A stretch of 64,000 nucleotides of DNA from Pirellulales bacterium. GTDB lineage: Bacteria; Planctomycetota; Planctomycetia; Pirellulales; JANQPP01. The first letter of the stretch is position 1. Every line of letters starts with the position of its first letter. The position numbers were made by a program, and so were the translations under genes. The stretch spans positions 1,092 to 65,091 of the forward strand of contig JANQPP010000206.1 of NCBI GenBank assembly GCA_028289405.1, in the 5' to 3' direction. Positions 57,464 to 64,000 of the stretch are shown piece by piece. A model generated the notes under the pieces. The model saw nothing but the letters and a program-made list of their open reading frames with translations, was not told the DNA's origin and searched no databases.

Positions 57464-60454
57464 TTACGAACAATCGGGCTGATCCATGTTCAGTAGCAGC
57501 GGATCGGTATCCCGGAAGTTCACGTTCACGCAGGGCCAAGAGTTGGTTTCGATGCTGCCGAAGCGAAGAAACTCCGGACCCACCAGCGTGCCGCAATTCA
57601 CTTCGTTGTTACCGTCGGTGTCGTACGTCAGGCGGAAGGCCATGTGCTCCACGCCCACGGGGTGGTTGAGCAGACTATTTAGCGTCTCGGTCGTCGAAGC
57701 GGCCCCCCAAAAGATGTGGATCGTGGCTTGGTTTCCCTCGATGGTCATGATGATCGTGTAGAACTTTCCCGGATAGCAGATATCCGCCGCCGAGTAACGC
57801 CACTCGCAATCGCCGGTCGGCCCTTCGTGAAAGTCGAGGATGTACGTCGTGTTCAGCGTCTCGCAATCGCCGCCGTTCTGTTCGCAGGTGCCAATCGGGT
57901 TTACCGCGTTGGCCAGCGTCCCCTCTTGCTGGCCGCTCTCCGCCGCGGTGAAGAACTTGAGCGTGATTTCCTGGGGCACGCTGGAAGCCGTGCAGTCCTG
58001 AAAACAGGTCTCCACGAACGTGCAAAATTCCAGCGTGACCGACAGTACGCCGTTGGCCGTGACGAAGATACTGGACTGCCCCGACAAAGACCGAGCGAGA
58101 AAGTTGGACAGGTCACCTGTCGCCGATACATTGATCTGGCTCGTCCCCGTGAGGGTCTTCAGGGCGAAGATGTCCATTCGGGATCGCGCCGTGCTGCCGA
58201 GTGTACTGGTTCCCTGCAAGCTGCGGGTGACGTGCGATTGGGCACTGCTGGAGATGGTGGCCGCCGCGAAGCCTTGCAGCCCGCGTGTGAAACTGAAACT
58301 CCCACTGGCACTGGTGGTGATGCTGCTCGTCCCGGTGAGGTTTCGCGTGAGATTGGCCTGCCCCGTGGCGGTGACGCTGAAGGAACTGCTGCCCACAAGT
58401 GAAAGCTGATTCCCGAGCGAAGCCGACGAGCTGAAGGAGATAACGGCATCGCCGGACAAGTTTTTCTGTGCCGCGCTGTCCACCGTCAAAGTGGCCGAGG
58501 AAGAGAACGTAATCGAACTGCTGGCCATCAGCTCGAAATCCACGGCCAATGTGGCACTCGTGGTGATCTGAATCGTGGATGAGCCGATCAGGCCGAATTG
58601 CTGGCTGAGGCTGGCGTTGGTGAAGCTGGTGATGTGTGAACTGCCGGCCAGGCCGACCGTGCGGGAGAGCTTGCCCGTGCCCCGCGTGAGGATCGTGGAT
58701 GTCCCCGCCCGGCCCACCGTGGAGGCCATCTGGCTGACCGCGTTCGTCAGCATGTTGGCCGTGCCGTGCAGACCGATTTGCTTGGAGAAAACCGCCGTGG
58801 CACTGGTGTCAATCACGGAAGTTCCGGTGAGAAACGTGGTTAGCGGCGGATCGATGTTCAGCAACCGGCCAGTGACGAAGAACAAGCGCGTCACCGTTTC
58901 GCCGGTGAGGTTGATCTCCAGGTGCGAGGGTCGGGCGTTGCCGCTGAAGGTGATCAGACTGGAGCCCTGCAGGCCATTGACCAATGCCTTGGCTTGTAAG
59001 CCAAGCTGGGCCGTGGCGGTGCCTTGCAGGTTGATCTTCGTGTGCAACCCGCCCGTGGCACCGAGTCCAAGCTGAGCCGTGCCGGCTGCCTGCAAGAGCA
59101 CCTGTGATCCGATCGTGGCTTCGGCCCCCAGGCCCAGTTGTGCCGTGGAGATTCCTGCCAGCGTGACCGTGTCGAAGGTCGTACCATCGGCCCCGAGTCC
59201 AAGCTGCCCGGTCGAAACCGCACTGATCGATTTCGCGTTCACGGCCAACCGGCCTTGGCCGGTGACGCTGATCGTGCTGGTACCTTTGGGACTGATCGAG
59301 AGGCGGCCAGCCGCGGAGAAGCTGATCGGCTGGGCAACAAAAAACCGCTTCGTAAAAAACCGGTCAAGGGAGCCGGACGCACTGCAGGAAATACTGGACG
59401 AGCCTTCGAGGCTGACTTGCCGCAACGCATCCAGGCTTCCACTGGCAGACGTGGAGAAGCTAGCGCTGCCGGTAAGGCCAAGTTGCTCGCCCACCGTCAG
59501 ACTGCCGGAACCGCTCACGGTGATGGTGCTGGACCCGGAGACATCGTGCGTGATACTCAGTGGGGCCACGCTGCTGGAAGGATCGTTGAAGAAGAATGCG
59601 ATCTGGCTGCTGCCGGTGAGCGAGACGATCCGCGTCAGCTGTGCGTTGCTGGAGATTTGAATGCTGGAACTGGCCAGGAACTGGCCCGTCTTGGTGAGCA
59701 TGCCGCTGGCGGACGTGGAGATGTTGCTCGTCCCGGTGAGCGTCTCTTGCGTGGCCACGCTCAGCGTACCCGTGGCACTCAAGCTAAAGCTGCTGGAACC
59801 TTCCAGGCTGGTGTTCGGCCCCACGGAGAGCGTGCCGAAGGCCGTGCTGGTGATCGTGATCGGCTCCGTGCGGAAGCCGCAGACCGTATGCCGGCCTGGC
59901 ACGCTGAAATAGATATGGGCCGTGCTCGGCTCTTGATGCGCGCACTGCGGGGAACTGTTTTGAGCCAGCCCAATATCGACTTCGATGCAAATGCAGTCGT
60001 CGAACTGGACCGTGAAACTGGTGTTGACCGCACTACTCCGCCATCGCAGAACGTGCGGAAGCGTGTCAAGGTTTTCCAGATTGAAACCCGCCGGCACGTC
60101 GAAAAAGATTTCGTACACGAGGCGAAAGAGCGTGGGGTCCAAGTCGCTTCGCGTGAGCAGCAAGCGGGCGTAGGTGCCGTCCGGAAAAGAGCAGTTGGCG
60201 ACGTCGGCGTTGATCGCGTTCGTAATGAAGACGCAGGCCCCGTCGTCGCGTGCCTCGGTCAACTCCTGGTCCAATGCCAAGCGGTAAGTGTTGCCGTTGA
60301 TGTTTGTGCACTGCGAGCAGCCCAGATTGACGACGTTCGTGACCGAGACGAACGCCTCGAAGGGCGTGGGAAATTCACTCAGCGGAGGCGGGCAAATGCC
60401 GCACGGAGATGTGTCGCAACATTCACACCCAGGGGAATGCCGGACCATGGGCAC
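57464..60454 (-). CDS. Phage tail fiber / host-specificity protein with long internal tandem repeat array
   Basis: 996 aa; about 580 aa of roughly 16-aa repeats 'L.G.S.I..SA.G.L' (e.g. 'LTGTSNISTSASGMLTK', 'LTGSASFSTSASGSLDA', 'LEGSSSISCSASGSLDR', 'AQLGLGA' sub-repeats). Non-repetitive N- and C-terminal domains. Confidence 0.7.
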   Translation of the reverse strand: MPMVRHSPGCECCDTSPCGICPPPLSEFPTPFEAFVSVTNVVNLGCSQCTNINGNTYRLALDQELTEARDDGACVFITNAINADVANCSFPDGTYARLLLTRSDLDPTLFRLVYEIFFDVPAGFNLENLDTLPHVLRWRSSAVNTSFTVQFDDCICIEVDIGLAQNSSPQCAHQEPSTAHIYFSVPGRHTVCGFRTEPITITSTAFGTLSVGPNTSLEGSSSFSLSATGTLSVATQETLTGTSNISTSASGMLTKTGQFLASSSIQISSNAQLTRIVSLTGSSQIAFFFNDPSSSVAPLSITHDVSGSSTITVSGSGSLTVGEQLGLTGSASFSTSASGSLDALRQVSLEGSSSISCSASGSLDRFFTKRFFVAQPISFSAAGRLSISPKGTSTISVTGQGRLAVNAKSISAVSTGQLGLGADGTTFDTVTLAGISTAQLGLGAEATIGSQVLLQAAGTAQLGLGATGGLHTKINLQGTATAQLGLQAKALVNGLQGSSLITFSGNARPSHLEINLTGETVTRLFFVTGRLLNIDPPLTTFLTGTSVIDTSATAVFSKQIGLHGTANMLTNAVSQMASTVGRAGTSTILTRGTGKLSRTVGLAGSSHITSFTNASLSQQFGLIGSSTIQITTSATLAVDFELMASSSITFSSSATLTVDSAAQKNLSGDAVISFSSSASLGNQLSLVGSSSFSVTATGQANLTRNLTGTSSITTSASGSFSFTRGLQGFAAATISSSAQSHVTRSLQGTSTLGSTARSRMDIFALKTLTGTSQINVSATGDLSNFLARSLSGQSSIFVTANGVLSVTLEFCTFVETCFQDCTASSVPQEITLKFFTAAESGQQEGTLANAVNPIGTCEQNGGDCETLNTTYILDFHEGPTGDCEWRYSAADICYPGKFYTIIMTIEGNQATIHIFWGAASTTETLNSLLNHPVGVEHMAFRLTYDTDGNNEVNCGTLVGPEFLRFGSIETNSWPCVNVNFRDTDPLLLNMDQPDCS
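58087..59827. repeat. Intragenic imperfect tandem repeats (about 48 nt unit) within tail fiber gene
   Basis: Periodic S/T/G-rich protein repeats imply DNA-level degenerate tandem repeats across about 1.7 kb. Confidence 0.55.
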
Positions 60455-60460
60455 CCCCGA

Positions 60461-61102
60461 TCATGGGCAAGCGGCAGCGATGATGATCCACAAGCGGCTT
60501 TGCGGATGCTGGGCGATGGCGACGGTGGTCCCCGCAGTGAGGGACTGCCCGGAGACCAACAGATAGCCCCAGGCCGTGACCGTGATGCCGGTGGCGGTGC
60601 GCACCCCGGAGACGTCGTCGATCGTGTCCAGGTTGACCAGCCCCGAGCTTCCGGCGGTGATGGTTTCCCCCGTGTGAACCTTGCCAAGGTGCCAGTTCAT
60701 GAAGGGAAAAAACACCCGCTGCCCTGCGTTGGGCATCCACCACGTGAAGCCGTCCGTGCCGTCCAGGTGGACCGTGCCAACCGGATCGAAGATGTGCTCC
60801 AGTGGATCACTCTGATTGTCGTTGACCTGGCGCTGGCTCACCCCGGCGTTGTAGTCCCGTTGTAGCACGAAGCCGTCAGCATTCACTTCGTGCTCGGTAA
60901 TGGCCTGGTTCAGCCGGCAGAGATGCAGGCGTGGAACCGGAAACTCCAGTGAGATCGTCGTGCCGCCGGCGTGCTGGTTGATCTTCACGCCATTGGCGCC
61001 CGTGAGCTTCCGCAAGGTGCGCACCTGACCCACCAGCGTGTTCCATTCACTGGCCCGCAACGGGTCGCCGCGCGAAACGTCATTCAGGGGGACGGTGCTC
61101 AT
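60461..61102 (-). CDS. Phage tail protein (hypothetical, baseplate/tail-tip region)
   Basis: 213 aa, beta-rich; operonic between tail genes and the tail fiber. No enzymatic motif. Confidence 0.5.
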   Translation of the reverse strand: MSTVPLNDVSRGDPLRASEWNTLVGQVRTLRKLTGANGVKINQHAGGTTISLEFPVPRLHLCRLNQAITEHEVNADGFVLQRDYNAGVSQRQVNDNQSDPLEHIFDPVGTVHLDGTDGFTWWMPNAGQRVFFPFMNWHLGKVHTGETITAGSSGLVNLDTIDDVSGVRTATGITVTAWGYLLVSGQSLTAGTTVAIAQHPQSRLWIIIAAACP

Positions 61103-61228
61103 CTGTTTTTTCTTTGGATTCCGGATCTTCGTATTCGATCTTAAACCCGACGATCTTACCCCAGCGGATCTCCTCGCCTGGTTTGTGCTTGGGAAACTTG
61201 ATCTTGAGTTCGTTGTTGTCGCTCATGC

Positions 61229-62158
61229 TCATGCCTGCGATGGGAACAATGTCGTGAAATCGCCCAATTGATAGGGCGGGTTGTTGTCTTCGTCGGTGAC
61301 ATTCACCCAATGCTCCGTGCCGCTGGGCAAATCGTTGCGGTAAAAATGGTTCCAACCGAAGATGGTTCCGCTGGCGGTGCCGTGGACCGTTTTGGCGGAG
61401 AAGTCGTATTGCACGGTGGAAATCTCCGTGCCGTCCGGCTGTGTGTCCGTCGTGATCGTGGCCCCCAGAAACAAGACTGTCTCAGAGACATGTGACCGAC
61501 CACCGACCGGCGGTGTCCAGGCAGCGTTGTTCACCTTGCCGCGCAGGCTCTCGATGGTGTCGAAAGGCGGCGTAACGACGCGTGACCAGGTAAACGTCAA
61601 CTGTTCCGTGGGAATCAAGATTCCCGGGGCGATATCGTCATCGAGCCGCGGGCCGGTGTTGTTCTGCCAATGCCACGTGCGGCCCGGCACGGTCAGGTAT
61701 TCGGCACCAGTCGTCGTGCGCAGACTAATGACAGTGCCGTCGTCTTGCTGTTGCTGGGGGCCTCCGCCTCCGGACGTCACGGACTCATAGGTAACGGTGA
61801 CCTTGGCTCCGGCACCCGGAGGGTCAGGGTAGTCAACGTGCCTGTCTTCAAGTGACTCCATGCCTTCGGCGGGCAGCTTGGGCGCGTCACCGTTCATGGG
61901 CTGCACCGAGACCTCGGTGACCAGGAGCCCGCTCTCGGCTAGGCCCTCCGGCAAGGCGGGGAATTGCGCCACGGTGGCTCGCTGCTTGACGGCACCCACC
62001 AAAAGGATGCCCCCCCAGAGATCCGCCGCAAGTTTGTAGCCGTCTTCCAGGCTGGGAACTCGGAAGATCCTTTGCGCGCGCTGCCCTTGGAGGGTCTGCT
62101 GCCACTCGGGCGACCCCTCCAGTTCCTCCCAAACAACGCCTCTCGGTGAGGTGGGCAT
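61229..62158 (-). CDS. Phage tail protein (hypothetical, distal-tail-like)
   Basis: 309 aa, beta-rich; start codon abuts the stop of the tape-measure gene. Confidence 0.5.
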   Translation of the reverse strand: MPTSPRGVVWEELEGSPEWQQTLQGQRAQRIFRVPSLEDGYKLAADLWGGILLVGAVKQRATVAQFPALPEGLAESGLLVTEVSVQPMNGDAPKLPAEGMESLEDRHVDYPDPPGAGAKVTVTYESVTSGGGGPQQQQDDGTVISLRTTTGAEYLTVPGRTWHWQNNTGPRLDDDIAPGILIPTEQLTFTWSRVVTPPFDTIESLRGKVNNAAWTPPVGGRSHVSETVLFLGATITTDTQPDGTEISTVQYDFSAKTVHGTASGTIFGWNHFYRNDLPSGTEHWVNVTDEDNNPPYQLGDFTTLFPSQA

Positions 62159-63741
62159 CAGGAAAACACCCCCACCACATTCCCGATCTTGTCCTCGATT
62201 TTTTTCAGCAAATCGATCTTTTGCTTGTCCCGCTGCTCAACTCGCCGCTGGAACTGCTCTTCCTTGTTGAGTGCAGCCGTCTGGATCTGACGAGATAACT
62301 CTTGTAGTCCCGTGAACTGCGCCCGTGCCTGTGTCTGTTGCTGGCCACCAAACAGGGCACCCGCGATTTGGCTTACCGCCGGTCCGGCCAGTGCCACACC
62401 AGCACGCGACGCGATAATGCTGCCAAGTGTTCCTAGTGGTCCGAGGGCGCCGCTGTTTCGCAGTCCAACATCGGGTGCTTGGTCAGGTGCCTCCTGTGGC
62501 GCACCTCCAAAGCGTCGGCCTATGGCAGCGGTGGCGGCAGCAAATACTTGCAAGACAGCTAGTGCCTGCCTCGTTGCCTGGAATTGCTGTGCATCCCTCT
62601 TGAGTCGCTCGACTCGGTTGGTCAAAGCAGCGCGCTGAACGGCATTGGCAGCCAAAACAGGATTGAGTGACCGAAAAACATCCTCGATTTGTGCAAGCCC
62701 CAGACGGATTGCTGATGTTATTTGTAGCGCCAGTTCGCTTCCCAAGTCTCTGATGACATCCAAGAACGCTGCCTTAAGTAGATCCAGCCCTGCCTTTAGT
62801 GTCTCGAAGAACAATCCCGGCTGAGCAATCGCTCCACGGAAGAAATCAGTCAAGAACTCCACTGCTTCCCGCATTTGTTTGACAATACCCTTTAGTGCGT
62901 CCAACGCAGGCTTAAAAACGCCCTCGCCGAAGCGGCTTAGCTCTCGAAATGCTCGTAACATATCCATCAGAAGTCCAACGAACTCCTTTGCGATGGGCAT
63001 CAGTGCTCTGCCGAGGGCTTCCTGCATGTCTCTAAACATGGCGGACAACCTGCGCGTCATATTTGCCAAACTTCCAGACGTGCGTAGCACGTCTCCCTCA
63101 GCATCGCGTGTAGCACCTAAAATGATGGCCAATCTTGCTTGCACTTTTTGCAGTTCCGTGGCCTCTTGGTTGTTTCTAGCAAGGCCCATGGCCATGAGTT
63201 GAGAACTTAGAACGTTCTCCTTGATAACCACCCCGAATCGCTGCAACGCTTCGTGGTTGCCGATCAGACCGCTCGTGAGGCGGTCCACCGCTTCGGAGGC
63301 TGGCATATTGTTGAAACTCGAAAGATCAAACGCCAACGCCGTAAGCTGCTCAGAAAGCCTTCGAGACTCGTCGCGGGCTAAACCCATCGGAACAAAAGTG
63401 TCCTGGAATTGTGCCATAAATCTCTGGATATCAGTTTGCGAGCGACCCAGGGCGAGTGCCAACTGTCGGCTAAACCTTGTTGCGGCATCAGTTTGATCCT
63501 TGAAAACCGCCTGGAACTTGTTGCGAATCTCCTCCGCATCGCTAGCTGCTCTTACCGCAAAAACAGAAAAAGCGCCACCAATCGCAGCGAAAGCACTGCC
63601 GACACGAACTGCGGCTGACGCAAGAGATGCCATTGACCGGACAGTCCGGGCAATACTAGTGCGGACGCCACGCATCGCACGACGGAACGCGCCGTCATTG
63701 ACACGCAGTTCGACAAACGCTTCAGCCAGTTTGAATCCCAT
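62158..63741 (-). CDS. Phage tail tape measure protein
   Basis: 527 aa, highly alpha-helical, A/L/R/Q-rich with 'FKDQTDAATRFSRQLALALG'-type TMP core region; position upstream of tail proteins. Confidence 0.65.
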   Translation of the reverse strand: MGFKLAEAFVELRVNDGAFRRAMRGVRTSIARTVRSMASLASAAVRVGSAFAAIGGAFSVFAVRAASDAEEIRNKFQAVFKDQTDAATRFSRQLALALGRSQTDIQRFMAQFQDTFVPMGLARDESRRLSEQLTALAFDLSSFNNMPASEAVDRLTSGLIGNHEALQRFGVVIKENVLSSQLMAMGLARNNQEATELQKVQARLAIILGATRDAEGDVLRTSGSLANMTRRLSAMFRDMQEALGRALMPIAKEFVGLLMDMLRAFRELSRFGEGVFKPALDALKGIVKQMREAVEFLTDFFRGAIAQPGLFFETLKAGLDLLKAAFLDVIRDLGSELALQITSAIRLGLAQIEDVFRSLNPVLAANAVQRAALTNRVERLKRDAQQFQATRQALAVLQVFAAATAAIGRRFGGAPQEAPDQAPDVGLRNSGALGPLGTLGSIIASRAGVALAGPAVSQIAGALFGGQQQTQARAQFTGLQELSRQIQTAALNKEEQFQRRVEQRDKQKIDLLKKIEDKIGNVVGVFS

Positions 63742-63932
63742 TAGAGCATCCTTTGCACTGCCAGTTCTCGTTCAAGCTGCTTCCGCTGCCGGAAAGCCAT
63801 GGCCTGGCCAGGCGTCATTTGCTTCTGAACGCCCAGATCATCCTTGGGCGTGAGGTAGGTCAAGATTTGAGCCAACGTCATCTCCATGATGTCATCAGGG
63901 CGCCAGCCGTATTGCTCGCTGAGCATGACCAC
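63741..63932 (-). CDS. Small phage protein (possible tail assembly chaperone)
   Basis: 63 aa; immediately upstream of and overlapping the tape measure start; a typical chaperone position. Confidence 0.35.
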   Translation of the reverse strand: MVMLSEQYGWRPDDIMEMTLAQILTYLTPKDDLGVQKQMTPGQAMAFRQRKQLERELAVQRML

Positions 63933-64000
63933 GATCCGTCGCCATTCGATGGGCCGGGAGCTATCGGCCGGCTTGGCGTCCGGATCTACGTGGTAGGGTC

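Larger units (their letters stand above)
51990..64000. mobile_element. Prophage / integrative element inserted at tRNA-Lys (left end in window; extends beyond window end)
   Basis: tRNA-adjacent integrase, AT-rich cargo/moron segment, then minus-strand tail module (tape measure, tail proteins, repetitive tail fiber). attL/attR repeats not identifiable because the right end is outside the window. Confidence 0.6.

Noticed and set aside
61080-61355. 91-aa minus-strand ORF between two tail genes
   Set aside because: Begins with a TTG and overlaps the upstream tail gene's end. A shorter internal-ATG product is possible, but no motif supports it. Left uncalled.

Overview
High-GC bacterial chromosomal segment that looks like a Planctomycetes genome. 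The evidence is several DUF1559 proteins with the prepilin-type N-terminus '[28 protein letters not shown]', PEP-CTERM proteins, and an ECF sigma factor paired with a Ser/Thr kinase. The ORF track treats TTG/GTG starts as 'M', so start coordinates marked 'refined' or 'likely' come from internal ATGs, found by codon counting from the track.

Ordinary content, left to right: an argB-argD-argF arginine operon (argF runs off the window), a UbiA prenyltransferase, DUF1559/lipoprotein pairs, an LRR protein, two tandem PEP-CTERM paralogs followed by a fused polytopic-membrane/spermidine-synthase-like protein, isocitrate dehydrogenase, RluA pseudouridine synthase, a histidine kinase/OmpR regulator pair, a SulP anion transporter with an unusual insertion, a PhoD phosphatase, aldehyde dehydrogenase, an FAH hydrolase, a lipid-related trio (KAS, desaturase, GNAT-like acyltransferase), a DEAD-box helicase, an HExxH protein and a PQQ-like beta-propeller protein.

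Two accessory regions stand out:

1. A visibly AT-richer island at about 23.05-24.9 kb. It carries a standalone reverse transcriptase (motifs A, B and C with 'YSDD', plus 'LQYLGFTF'). Upstream on the same strand is a roughly 400-nt structured non-coding region, then a small helical protein, a 1797-aa AAA_5/MoxR-type giant ATPase, and a flotillin/NfeD pair. This is the best candidate for an undescribed RT-based system, possibly a ncRNA-RT defense module.

2. A prophage or integrative island at tRNA-Lys(CTT), 51.9 kb to the window end. It has a tyrosine integrase, an AT-rich cargo region containing a DUF4258/DUF2283-like toxin-antitoxin-like pair and an intrinsic terminator, and a tail module (tape measure, a repetitive 996-aa tail fiber and other tail proteins).

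No CRISPR array or rRNA was seen.
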